Made by a program: the position numbers and the translations under genes. From the NCBI RefSeq assembly GCF_031769215.1, contig NW_026781874.1:310001-374000 (forward strand): DNA of 64,000 nucleotides, read 5' to 3'. The notes beneath the pieces were generated by a model. The model had not been told where the DNA came from. It searched no databases and saw only the letters and a program-made list of their open reading frames with translations. Below are positions 26,322 through 41,300 of the stretch, one piece after another (the first letter of the stretch is position 1; every line of letters begins with the position of its first letter). The stretch comes from Ylistrum balloti. Lineage: Eukaryota.

Positions 26322-29300
26322 GTAAGTAAACTCATTGCAAGACTGTGCCACCACAGCCATTTTGTTAGACGATATTACTTCCTTGTATGATCCAACAACA
26401 ACAACACAAATCCACCCTGCTGACATAAAAATGGTCTTTGTGTTGCTACTCTAACACTAGACATTGATATATATATATACACACACATATATATATGATA
26501 ATAATAAATAAATATAAGTTGGGATAAGTTGTCAGTATGTGTACAATAAGATTAAACAAAATACCGTACACACTTTTTTTTTATTATAGGCTAAGACTTT
26601 TCTGATAAATATTTTCAGTTCTATCAGGATAACTAATATATTGATTAGAACATAAATAGAACAGTATGCGAACTGTTATCTTTGCGTGTGAGCCGTTTTG
26701 TGTTTGAAATGATTGTTTCGCTCTGTATGTATGTCAAGGAAGTCAGTCAGACGTATTTTAATCCCCATTTAGTACTATCGTTATTGTACCTTGACCTGAC
26801 CAGGCTATTGGTGAATAAGGTTATTGTATATTTGGGTGATATCTGGCTAGATTAGCACGGACATAAATTATTCCTTCTGTTAAAGTTTTACAATTTTCTC
26901 TTGTCAATCATGAATATTTATGGTCGAAAGTAAATAAAGTATCTTCTAAATAATTGTAAAACTGATGTTTCATCTATGTTTTAGCTTTAAGTCGGCCTGG
27001 GAGATATATGCTTTACACCATATCATCAACATTAAAATTTGACTTGCTTCTTGGTTTTGCGATGACGGGACAAATATCCCTACTACATGTCCGTAATATA
27101 TTTAACTCATTGACATTTTAATTTCTATTTGTGTTGGTTGTATGTGTATAGTGAAAAGATTATTTGCCCGAAAGATCGACAAAGGTGTTACATTATAATT
27201 GTATTCATACAAATATGAGATGGTTTGGAGGTTCCTGACGGACTGGTTTCCGAGGTATATAGCTACCATTACAACTATAATATTTGAAATAGGTTTCGAA
27301 AATAGTAAATAAAAAATTGACAAATACATCAATGTAACGTTAATAAACTGTTACTAAAATACATGTGTACTTAGAAATCTAATCTGGTACAAAAAGTATA
27401 TATATCACTTGATAAAATCTTCATTTTATGTATCTATGTAACAGACAGAGCTACACATGTACAGGATAAGTAAACTTATTTCACGACTGTACTGCAACAA
27501 CCATTTTAAATAACAATAATAATATTTCCTGGTATGACTAAACAACAACACCAGTACACAAATCCACCAATAATATGAACTGTTACTTAAATATTTGTAC
27601 TTTCAGAAATACCAACAAGTACTACACAAGTATATCTCTCACTTGATTAAAATCATTATTAAGCAGAATATCTGTGCTTTCAATGTTGGACAAATACATT
27701 TTGCCTTATCATGTTACATGACTTTTGGTGATGTTCGTTTCCTGATGAATAACCGTTGGACTGTTATTATCATCGTACCTAGAAAAGAGAGAGAAAGAAT
27801 GAACTTTACTCACTATTTCCTTTTGCATGCAGGCGTAGACGGATCTTTCCTGCTCGCTGGAGCTGCCGAAAATACCGTATTTCGATTGGAGAACAATACT
27901 TTCTCGAAGATAAATATATCGAATGATGTGTCTACCATGGCGTTCGATCCTATATCCAGGAGGATATACTACGGATCGTGGAACAGTATTCACATGTACA
28001 GCATGAAGCTGGATGGCTCTGACGTCCGAATAGAAGCAACAATAGGTATGGAACCTAAAACTATTGTTCGTTGATATATATGTACAGACTAATTTAAAAA
28101 CAAAACCTTAGAGTGATTAAGTTATGGTAAATGAATTACATATTGTTAAGAACATTTAAATTATACTTTGAGTATTTATCGAGATGATGAAATTTCCCAA
28201 ACAGTTTCTACGTTCTGTAACAGTTTTATCTGCTTAGTGATGTAACATATACTTCCTGAGATGGAAAATATATTGGTAAGTGACAGATGTTGTGTGTGCT
28301 ATGTGTAGTTTGTCAAATACTAACATCATTTCGTAACTCAGCGATAATATACTTAGAAGTTCTACTGACTAATATAACACGGTGGTAACTGGTTGAAATT
28401 GGAAGACACTTCAAGTATGAATGTATAAACAAATCCAAACTCAAGTTCAAGGAAACTAGGGTAAAACGTGTTAAAAAAGAATGTGCACTCAAACTTGTGA
28501 AAAGCGTAGAAGGAAAATAAGACAAGGTGTACAGAAGGAGTTAGCGTCTTCTGCTTCATGGACGACACGCGCCATGTAAATATTGGTCAATCCTAGTAGG
28601 TAGTGTCACGTTCTTAAATGAGAACAAGGTATCCAAAATTGGAACTAACACTTAAACTATATTCCCCATGGTTTGTCAGTCACTTGATCAATTCGTACAA
28701 GGAAATCGTGATAAATGAGACAGGCCCGTTAATATCGAATCAACTACGACATATAAACACCATAGGATGGGGATGCAGAATTGTTGTCATCCAGAAATGG
28801 AAAATTCATCAATGGGAAATAAAAATTATTACATTAATCACACGGCATAAAACACGTATGTTACATATGGAAATGTTCAATGGAAGCACGAGACATAATT
28901 TTTGTTAACGATTACAGATGTTAGAAGTTGGTCCATTTTTAGAGTAGAATAACTATATGATTTGTTCTTGGCCTATGGCCTTAACATTACTGGTAGAAAG
29001 TTGTTGATCGAGAATAAAAAGAAAAGAACAGGGCAGACATCTTAACACAAAAATCTAATCCAAAATCAAAATCGATGCAACGAGGACAGAACACTTTACC
29101 TAACCACCCTGTCGTATTGTACTATTTTGATAAATGGTGTTTATATCAGTCTTTCCATCTATTATGGTTATTGTCTCCTGATTCCTGCACCCGCCATCAA
29201 ACATCAGTTCAGGTAGGTAATTGGAACAACTATACAGGTAATCGAAAACAATGCACCCATCAGGCATACTAACGAACATTGAACATATTGCTTGATTAAT

Positions 29301-32300
29301 AGAATATTTTCAATAAGGTCGTTGTGGCAATTCTCTCGAATCTTAGTGTTACTGTGTTTCAGATTTGTACGTTCAAGCAATAGCCATTGACAATGCCGTT
29401 GGTAACATGTTTGTTTATTCACCTGGAAACACTGGGAAAATCTACCGGGTTGTAATGGAACAGGAACCAACTCTAGACCAGAGTGACATCATTCATACAG
29501 ACGAAAGTGAAGTCTTCCACATGGATGTTGATCCCACGACCAGGTAACACTACAGTAGTCTCGTTATACGGCAACTCATGTTCGCTTCAACAGAATATTA
29601 TTAAACCAATATATCCTCAGATAAACGATGTTTACAAAGTATACATTTCATTGGGTATAGTTGATTTTTTTTCGTTTCCAGAACATTATTTTGGGGATCG
29701 TCAACAGGTATATGGCAATCGAATTATGACGGAACAGACAAAAAACAAATTTTGTCCATGTCTGGGGGCAACGCTGGACTTTCGGTTGATGGTGAGGAAT
29801 TTATACGATAAAACACAAGTGACAATCACCCAACTTTGTATCCTAAACTAAAGATATATGGTATATGTAATCATTGATTTCTATCACGATATCGATTTTC
29901 TTGTTTTCAGTAATACAAACCGTATATCACTGTTAGCATTCTTTTTTTTTGTTTTGTTTTGTTTGTTCTGTTTATGCTTCTTGAAATAAGTTTAACACAA
30001 CAGATAATAAGGTTTAGATATTTACAGACAGTTGTGTGTGTTTTGTTATATGAATGCTCTATAAATGATACCAATGTCTATAATCCTGTGTGTATGAAAC
30101 GTTTTGACAACAGAAGTATTGATATTATAGCCAAAATGTCTTTGTTTCGTTCCATAAGACAAAAAGATACTCAGCAAAGAACTCATACTCATGGAACTGT
30201 ATACTGAGCAGAGGAGACGCTCAATGCAACTTGTTCATTTCAAGCACAACTAGTCCATTGTATCGGATTAAAATAATTCTTTTCAGATGGTAGCGTTTAT
30301 GGAATAATGAATAACAAGATCTACAAGATCGATCGATCACTGAACCAGTCATTCAGCGAGATTTTTGACATTGGGAACACAAGTACTAGAACCAAAAGTC
30401 TAGTCTCAGTTGGGGATAGCTTGTACTTCAGTAGAGCGGTGTGCACCTACAGCCCGACTACTTTGTGTCAGAGGTAAGTGGAACGTGATCAGAATATTAT
30501 CATTTTAAACCAGTACCTTTTTATGGAGACAAATGTGAGTGTCACTACATCAAAATTGTTGTGTTTATTAGCATACATTGTCTGTGATCAAAATAAACAC
30601 AGAGACATAGATTCCGCATATGGATATGTGATGCAAGTACCATGAATATATTAGTAAAATGAAGTTTCCTTGTTGTTACCTCAACTTGTAAATGGATACA
30701 TAATTATGCTAACATATATGAATAGTACAGTAAAGTATTGATATGAACAGATGAAATTAAATGGATATCAAATAACAGATACAGCAATCCTATAAGACAG
30801 AAAATATTATCAAAAAGGAAAACACTGTCGCCATAATTCTTTCATCATTTCAATGTCTGCTTTGTTATCTTTCACTCATGTCACTGTTTTGTATATATAC
30901 AGCTCTATAGTTACTGTACGGAAAGATGGGTCAGGATTCGCACGTGTTAGTCCTGAATTGTTTTCAGAAAACCACGTATATCCATTGACACTTGTATATG
31001 TATCAACATCTCGTGTCGAAGTGACAACAACATCGAGGACACCAACAGAGACAACAACGAGAGGTATGGGTTATAATGAATTACATTTTCATGCACTGTC
31101 TAAAATTGTGTACATCATATGATCTTTACTAATGGGTTATAATGAATTACATTTTCATGCACTGTCTAAAATTGTGTACATAAGATGATCTTTACTAATC
31201 CTCATCAAATTTAGTATTTGCTTCTTTATTTGGCTGTACAGTATCTTTTCATCTGACCCTAAATTTGTAGAAAGATTTGTCTTTTGTACAATTTCCAAAG
31301 CCAAAAGCATGTCGCATTATCTATGAAAATAAAAACGCAACAGGTATACTTCCGCTCCCCAACACAAATCAAATTATTATTACTTTAAAAATCTTCATTT
31401 TATGTATCTATGTAGCAGACGGAGCTACACAGGTACAGGATAAGTAAACTCATTTCACGACTGTACTGCAACAACCATTTTGAATAACAATAATAATACT
31501 TCCTGGTATGACCAAACAACAACACCAGTACACAAATCCACCAATAATATGAACTGTTACTTAAATATTTGTACTTTCAGAAATACCAACAAGTACTACA
31601 CAAGTATATCTCTCACTTGATTAAAATCATTATTAAGCAGAATATCTGTGCTTTCAATGTTGGACAAATACATTTTGCCTTATCATGTTACATGACTTTT
31701 GGTGATGTTCGTTTCCTGATGAATAACCGTTGGACTGTTATTATCATCGTACCTAGAAAAGAGAGAGAAAGAATGAACTTTACTCACTATTTCCTTTTGC
31801 ATGCAGGCGTAGACGGATCTTTCCTGCTCGCTGGAGCTGCCGAAAATACCGTATTTCGATTGGAGAACAATACTTTCTCGAAGATAAATATATCGAATGA
31901 TGTGTCTACCATGGCGTTCGATCCTATATCCAGGAGGATATACTACGGATCGTGGAACAGTATTCACATGTACAGCATGAAGCTGGATGGCTCTGACGTC
32001 CGAATAGAAGCAACAATAGGTATGGAACCTAAAACTATTGTTCGTTGATATATATGTACAGACTAATTTAAAAACAAAACCTTAGAGTGATTAAGTTATG
32101 GTAAATGAATTACATATTGTTAAGAACATTTAAATTATACTTTGAGTATTTATCGAGATGATGAAATTTCCCAAACAGTTTCTACGTTCTGTAACAGTTT
32201 TATCTGCTTAGTGATGTAACATATACTTCCTGAGATGGAAAATATATTGGTAAGTGACAGATGTTGTGTGTGCTATGTGTAGTTTGTCAAATACTAACAT

Positions 32301-35300
32301 CATTTCGTAACTCAGCGATAATATACTTAGAAGTTCTACTGACTAATATAACACGGTGGTAACTGGTTGAAATTGGAAGACACTTCAAGTATGAATGTAT
32401 AAACAAATCCAAACTCAAGTTCAAGGAAACTAGGGTAAAACATGTTAAAAAAGAATGTACACTCAAACTTGTGAAAAGCGTAGAAGGAAAATAAGACAAG
32501 GTGTACAGAAGGAGTTAGCGTCTTCTGCTTCATGGACGACACGCGCCATGTAAATATTGGTCAATCCTAGTAGGTAGTGTCACGTTCTTAAATGAGAACA
32601 AGGTATCCAAAATTGGAACTAACACTTAAACTATATTCCCCATGGTTTGTCAGTCACTTGATCAATTCGTACAAGGAAATCGTGATAAATGAGACAGGCC
32701 CGTTAATATCGAATCAACTACGACATATAAACACCATAGGATGGGGATGCAGAATTGTTGTCATCCAGAAATGGAAAATTCATCAATGGGAAATAAAAAT
32801 TATTACATTAATCACACGGCATAAAACACGTATGTTACATATGGAAATGTTCAATGGAAGCACGAGACATAATTTTTGTTAACGATTACAGATGTTAGAA
32901 GTTGGTCCATTTTTAGAGTAGAATAACTATATGATTTGTTCTTGGCCTATGGCCTTAACATTACTGGTAGAAAGTTGTTGATCGAGAATAAAAAGAAAAG
33001 AACAGGGCAGACATCTTAACACAAAAATCTAATCCAAAATCAAAATCGATGCAACGAGGACAGAACACTTTACCTAACCACCCTGTCGTATTGTACTATT
33101 TTGATAAATGGTGTTTATATCAGTCTTTCCATCTATTATGGTTATTGTCTCCTGATTCCTGCACCCGCCATCAAACATCAGTTCAGGTAGGTAATTGGAA
33201 CAACTATACAGGTAATCGAAAACAATGCACCCATCAGGCATACTAACGAACATTGAACATATTGCTTGATTAATAGAATATTTTCAATAAGGTCGTTGTG
33301 GCAATTCTCTCGAATCTTAGTGTTACTGTGTTTCAGATTTGTACGTTCAAGCAATAGCCATTGACAATGCCGTTGGTAACATGTTTGTTTATTCACCTGG
33401 AAACACTGGGAAAATCTACCGGGTTGTAATGGGACAGGAACCAACTCTAGACCAGAGTGACATCATTCATACAGACGAAAGTGAAGTCTTCCACATGGAT
33501 GTTGATCCCACGACCAGGTAACACTACAGTAGTCTCGTTATACGGCAACTCATGTTCGCTTCAACAGAATATTATTAAACCAATATATCCTCAGATAAAC
33601 GATGTTTACAAAGTATACATTTCATTGGGTATAGTTGATTTTTTTTCGTTTCCAGAACATTATTTTGGGGATCGTCAACAGGTATATGGCAATCGAATTA
33701 TGACGGAACAGACAAAAAACAAATTTTGTCCATGTCTGGGGGCAACGCTGGACTTTCGGTTGATGGTAAGGAATTTATACTATAAAACACAAGTGACAAT
33801 CACCTAACTTTGTATCCTAAACTAAAGATATATGGTATATGTAATCATTGATTTCTATCACGATATCGATTTTCTTGTTTTCAGTAATACAAACCGTTTT
33901 TGTTTTGTTTGTTCTGTTTATGCTTCTTGAAATAAGTTTAACACAACAGATAATAAGGTTTAGATATTTACAGACAGTGGTGTGTGTTTTGTTATATGAA
34001 TGCTCTATAAATGATACCAATGTCTATAATCCTGTGTGTATGAAACGTTTTGACAATAGAAGTATTGATATTATAGCCAAAATGTATTTGTTTCGTTCCA
34101 TAAGACAAAAAGATACTCAGCAAAGAACTCATACTCATGGAACTGTATACTGAGCAGAGGAGACGCTCAATGCAACTTGTTCATTTCAAGCACAACTATT
34201 CCATTGTATCGGATTAAAATAATTCTTTTCAGATGGTAGCGTTTATGGAATAATGAATAACAAGATCTACAAGATCGATCGATCACTGAACCAGTCATTC
34301 AGCGAGATTTTTGACATTGGGAACACAAGTACTAGAACCAAAAGTCTAGTCTCAGTTGGGGATAGCTTGTACTTCAGTAAGGCGGTGTGCACCTACAGCC
34401 CGACTACTTTGTGTCAGAGGTAAGTGGAACGTGATCAGAATATTATCATTTTAAACCAGTACCTTTTTATGGAGACAAATGTGTGTGTCACTACATCAAA
34501 ATTGTTGCGTTGATTAGCATACATTGTCTGTGATCAAAATAAACACAGAGACATAGATTCCGCATATGGATATGTGATGCAAGTACCATGAATATATTAG
34601 TAAAATGAAGTTTCCTTGTTGTTACCTCAACTTGTAAATGGATACATAATTATGCTAACATATATGAATAGTACAGTAAAGTATTGATATGAACAGATGA
34701 AATTAAATGGATATCAAATAACAGATATAGCAATCCTATAAGACAGAAAATATTATCAAAAAGGAAAACACTGTCGCCATAATTCTTTCATCATTTCAAT
34801 GTCTGCTTTGTTATCTTTCACTCATGTCACTGTTTTGTATATATACAGCTCTATAGTTACTGTACGGAAAGATGGGTCAGGATTCGCACGTGTTAGTCCT
34901 GAATTGTTTTCAGAAAACCACGTATATCCATTGACACTTGTATATGTATCAACATCTCGTGTCGAAGTGACAACAACATCGAGGACACCAACAGAGACAA
35001 CAACGAGAGGTATGGGTTATAATGAATTACATTTTCATGCACTGTCTAAAATTGTGTACATCATATGATCTTTACTAATGGGTTATAATGAATTACATTT
35101 TCATGCACTGTCTAAAATTGTGTACATAAGATGATCTTTACTAATCCTCATCAAATTTAGCATTTGCTTCTTTATTTGGCTGTACAGTATCTTTTCATCT
35201 GACTCTAAATTTGTAGAAAGATTTGTCTTTTGTACAATTTCCAAAGCCAAAAGCATGTCGCATTATCTATGAAAATAAAAACGCAACAGGTATACTTCCG

Positions 35301-38300
35301 CTCCCCAACACAAATCAAATTATTATTACTTTAAAAATCTTCATTTTATGTATCTATGTAGCAGACGGAGCTACACAGGTACAGGATAAGTAAACTCATT
35401 TCACGACTGTACTGCAACAACCATTTTGAATAACAATAATAATACTTCCTGGTATGACCAAACAACAACACCAGTACACAAATCCACCAATAATATGAAC
35501 TGTTACTTAAATATTTGTACTTTCAGAAATACCAACAAGTACTACACAAGTATATCTCTCACTTGATTAAAATCATTATTAAGCAGAATATCTGTGCTTT
35601 CAATGTTGGACAAATACATTTTGCCTTATCATGTTACATGACTTTTGGTGATGTTCGTTTCCTGATGAATAACCGTTGGACTGTTATTATCATCGTACCT
35701 AGAAAAGAGAGAGAAAGAATGAACTTTACTCACTATTTCCTTTTGCATGCAGGCGTAGACGGATCTTTCCTGCTCGCTGGAGCTGCCGAAAATACCGTAT
35801 TTCGATTGGAGAACAATACTTTCTCGAAGATAAATATATCGAATGATGTGTCTACCATGGCGTTCGATCCTATATCCAGGAGGATATACTACGGATCGTG
35901 GAACAGTATTCACATGTACAGCATGAAGCTGGATGGCTCTGACGTCCGAATAGAAGCAACAATAGGTATGGAACCTAAAACTATTGTTCGTTGATATATA
36001 TGTATAGACTAATTTAAAAACAAAACCTTAGAGTGATTAAGTTATGGTAAATGAATTACATATTGTTAAGAACATTTAAATTATACTTTGAGTATTTATC
36101 GAGATGATGAAATTTCCCAAACAGTTTCTACGTTCTGTAACAGTTTTATCTGCTTAGTGATGTAACATATACTTCCTGAGATGGAAAATATATTGGTAAG
36201 TGACAGATGTTGTGTGTGCTATGTGTAGTTTGTCAAATACTAACATCATTTCGTAACTCAGCGATAATATACTTAGAAGTTCTACTGACTAATATAACAC
36301 GGTGGTAACTGGTTGAAATTGGAAGACACTTCAAGTATGAATGTATAAACAAATCCAAACTCAAGTTCAAGGAAACTAGGGTAAAACATGTTAAAAAAGA
36401 ATGTACACTCAAACTTGTGAAAAGCGTAGAAGGAAAATAAGACAAGGTGTACAGAAGGAGTTAGCGTCTTCTGCTTCATGGACGACACGCGCCATGTAAA
36501 TATTGGTCAATCCTAGTAGGTAGTGTCACGTTCTTAAATGAGAACAAGGTATCCAAAATTGGAACTAACACTTAAACTATCTTCCCCATGGTTTGTCAGT
36601 CACTTGATCAATTCGTACAAGGAAATCGTGATAAATGAGACAGGCCCGTTAATATCGAATCAACTACGACATATAAACACCATAGGATGGGGATGCAGAA
36701 TTGTTGTCATCCAGAAATGGAAAATTCATCAATGGGAAATAAAAATTATTACATTAATCACACGGCATAAAACACGTATGTTACATATGGAAATGTTCAA
36801 TGGAAGCACGAGACATAATTTTTGTTAACGATTACAGATGTTAGAAGTTGGTCCATTTTTAGAGTAGAATAACTATATGATTTGTTCTTGGCCTATGGCC
36901 TTAACATTACTGGTAGAAAGTTGTTGATCGAGAATAAAAAGAAAAGAACAGGGCAGACATCTTAACACAAAAATCTAATCCAAAATCAAAATCGATGCAA
37001 CGAGGACAGAACACTTTACCTAACCACCCTGTCGTATTGTACTATTTTGATAAATGGTGTTTATATCAGTCTTTCCATCTATTATGGTTATTGTCTCCTG
37101 ATTCCTGCACCCGCCATCAAACATCAGTTCAGGTAGGTAATTGGAACAACTATACAGGTAATCGAAAACAATGCACCCATCAGGCATACTAACGAACATT
37201 GAACATATTGCTTGATTAATAGAATATTTTCAATAAGGTCGTTGTGGCAATTCTCTCGAATCTTAGTGTTACTGTGTTTCAGATTTGTACGTTCAAGCAA
37301 TAGCCATTGACAATGCCGTTGGTAACATGTTTGTTTATTCACCTGGAAACACTGGGAAAATCTACCGGGTTGTAATGGGACAGGAACCAACTCTAGACCA
37401 GAGTGACATCATTCATACAGACGAAAGTGAAGTCTTCCACATGGATGTTGATCCCACGACCAGGTAACACTACAGTAGTCTCGTTATACGGCAACTCATG
37501 TTCGCTTCAACAGAATATTATTAAACCAATATATCCTCAGATAAACGATGTTTACAAAGTATACATTTCATTGGGTATAGTTGATTTTTTTTCGTTTCCA
37601 GAACATTATTTTGGGGATCGTCAACAGGTATATGGCAATCGAATTATGACGGAACAGACAAAAAACAAATTTTGTCCATGTCTGGGGGCAACGCTGGACT
37701 TTCGGTTGATGGTAAGGAATTTATACTATAAAACACAAGTGACAATCACCCAACTTTGTATCCTAAACTAAAGATATATGGTATATGTAATCATTGATTT
37801 CTATCACGATATCGATTTTCTTGTTTTCAGTAATACAAACCGTTTTTGTTTTGTTTGTTCTGTATATGCTTCTTGAAATAAGTTTAACACAACAGATAAT
37901 AAGGTTTAGATATTTACAGACAGTGGTGTGTGTTTTGTTATATGAATGCTCTATAAATGATACCAATGTCTATAATCCTGTGTGTATGAAACGTTTTGAC
38001 AATAGAAGTATTGATATTATAGCCAAAATGTATTTGTTTCGTTCCATAAGACAAAAAGATACTCAGCAAAGAACTCATACTCATGGAACTGTATACTGAG
38101 CAGAGGAGACGCTCAATGCAACTTGTTCATTTCAAGCACAACTAGTCCATTGTATCGGATTAAAATAATTCTTTTCAGATGGTAGCGTTTATGGAATAAT
38201 GAATAACAAGATCTACAAGATCGATCGATCACTGAACCAGTCATTCAGCGAGATTTTTGACATTGGGAACACAAGTACTAGAACCAAAAGTCTAGTCTCA

Positions 38301-41300
38301 GTTGGGGATAGCTTGTACTTCAGTAGAGCGGTGTGCACCTACAGCCCGACTACTTTGTGTCAGAGGTAAGTGGAACGTGATCAGAATATTATCATTTTAA
38401 ACCAGTACCTTTTTATGGAGACAAATGTGAGTGTCACTACATCAAAATTGTTGTGTTTATTAGCATACATTGTCTGTGATCAAAATAAACACAGAGACAT
38501 AGATTCCGCATATGGATATGTGATGCAAGTACCATGAATATATTAGTAAAATGAAGTTTCCTTGTTGTTACCTCAACTTGTAAATGGATACATAATTATG
38601 CTAACATATATGAATAGTACAGTAAAGTATTGATATGAACAGATGAAATTAAATGGATATCAAATAACAGATACAGCAATCCTATAAGACAGAAAATATT
38701 ATCAAAAAGGAAAACACTGTCGCCATAATTCTTTCATCATTTCAATGTCTGCTTTGTTATCTTTCACTCATGTCACTGTTTTGTATATATACAGCTCTAT
38801 AGTTACTGTACGGAAAGATGGGTCAGGATTCGCACGTGTTAGTCCTGAATTGTTTTCAGAAAACCACGTATATCCATTGACACTTGTATATGTATCAACA
38901 TCTCGTGTCGAAGTGACAACAACATCGAGGACACCAACAGAGACAACAACGAGAGGTATGGGTTATAATGAATTACATTTTCATGCACTGTCTAAAATTG
39001 TGTACATCATATGATCTTTACTAATGGGTTATAATGAATTACATTTTCATGCACTGTCTAAAATTGTGTACATAAGATGATCTTTACTAATCCTCATCAA
39101 ATTTAGCATTTGCTTCTTTATTTGGCTGTACAGTATCTTTTCATCTGACTCTAAATTTGTAGAAAGATTTGTCTTTTGTACAATTTCCAAAGCCAAAAGC
39201 ATGTCGCATTATCTATGAAAATAAAAACGCAACAGGTATACTTCCGCTCCCCAACACAAATCAAATTATTATTACTTTAAAAATCTTCATTTTATGTATC
39301 TATGTAGCAGACGGAGCTACACAGGTACAGGATAAGTAAACTCATTTCACGACTGTACTGCAACAACCATTTTGAATAACAATAATAATACTTCCTGGTA
39401 TGACCAAACAACAACACCAGTACACAAATCCACCAATAATATGAACTGTTACTTAAATATTTGTACTTTCAGAAATACCAACAAGTACTACACAAGTATA
39501 TCTCTCACTTGATTAAAATCATTATTAAGCAGAATATCTGTGCTTTCAATGTTGGACAAATACATTTTGCCTTATCATGTTACATGACTTTTGGTGATGT
39601 TCGTTTCCTGATGAATAACCGTTGGACTGTTATTATCATCGTACCTAGAAAAGAGAGAGAAAGAATGAACTTTACTCACTATTTCCTTTTGCATGCAGGC
39701 GTAGACGGATCTTTCCTGCTCGCTGGAGCTGCCGAAAATACCGTATTTCGATTGGAGAACAATACTTTCTCGAAGATAAATATATCGAATGATGTGTCTA
39801 CCATGGCGTTCGATCCTATATCCAGGAGGATATACTACGGATCGTGGAACAGTATTCACATGTACAGCATGAAGCTGGATGGCTCTGACGTCCGAATAGA
39901 AGCAACAATAGGTATGGAACCTAAAACTATTGTTCGTTGATATATATGTACAGACTAATTTAAAAACAAAACCTTAGAGTGATTAAGTTATGGTAAATGA
40001 ATTACATATTGTTAAGAACATTTAAATTATACTTTGAGTATTTATCGAGATGATGAAATTTCCCAAACAGTTTCTACGTTCTGTAACAGTTTTATCTGCT
40101 TAGTGATGTAACATATACTTCCTGAGATGGAAAATATATTGGTAAGTGACAGATGTTGTGTGTGCTATGTGTAGTTTGTCAAATACTAACATCATTTCGT
40201 AACTCAGCGATAATATACTTAGAAGTTCTACTGACTAATATAACACGGTGGTAACTGGTTGAAATTGGAAGACACTTCAAGTATGAATGTATAAACAAAT
40301 CCAAACTCAAGTTCAAGGAAACTAGGGTAAAACATGTTAAAAAAGAATGTACACTCAAACTTGTGAAAAGCGTAGAAGGAAAATAAGACAAGGTGTACAG
40401 AAGGAGTTAGCGTCTTCTGCTTCATGGACGACACGCGCCATGTAAATATTGGTCAATCCTAGTAGGTAGTGTCACGTTCTTAAATGAGAACAAGGTATCC
40501 AAAATTGGAACTAACACTTAAACTATATTCCCCATGGTTTGTCAGTCACTTGATCAATTCGTACAAGGAAATCGTGATAAATGAGACAGGCCCGTTAATA
40601 TCGAATCAACTACGACATATAAACACCATAGGATGGGGATGCAGAATTGTTGTCATCCAGAAATGGAAAATTCATCAATGGGAAATAAAAATTATTACAT
40701 TAATCACACGGCATAAAACACGTATGTTACATATGGAAATGTTCAATGGAAGCACGAGACATAATTTTTGTTAACGATTACAGATGTTAGAAGTTGGTCC
40801 ATTTTTAGAGTAGAATAACTATATGATTTGTTCTTGGCCTATGGCCTTAACATTACTGGTAGAAAGTTGTTGATCGAGAATAAAAAGAAAAGAACAGGGC
40901 AGACATCTTAACACAAAAATCTAATCCAAAATCAAAATCGATGCAACGAGGACAGAACACTTTACCTAACCACCCTGTCGTATTGTACTATTTTGATAAA
41001 TGGTGTTTATATCAGTCTTTCCATCTATTATGGTTATTGTCTCCTGATTCCTGCACCCGCCATCAAACATCAGTTCAGGTAGGTAATTGGAACAACTATA
41101 CAGGTAATCGAAAACAATGCACCCATCAGGCATACTAACGAACATTGAACATATTGCTTGATTAATAGAATATTTTCAATAAGGTCGTTGTGGCAATTCT
41201 CTCGAATCTTAGTGTTACTGTGTTTCAGATTTGTACGTTCAAGCAATAGCCATTGACAATGCCGTTGGTAACATGTTTGTTTATTCACCTGGAAACACTG

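Noticed and set aside
27595-27832. N-terminal part of the 159-aa ORFs (MYFQKYQQ...) repeated seven times
   Set aside because: This is intronic read-through upstream of the tgcag acceptor. The true exon starts at 27833 and is fed by the signal-peptide exon or the previous exon E.
28313-30207. Other recurring 60-120-aa ORFs in each unit (MRTRYPK..., MSYFPST..., MVPVPLQ..., MTSFIQT...)
   Set aside because: They are intronic or off-frame. They recur only because the unit is duplicated, and they are disrupted by copy-specific indels.
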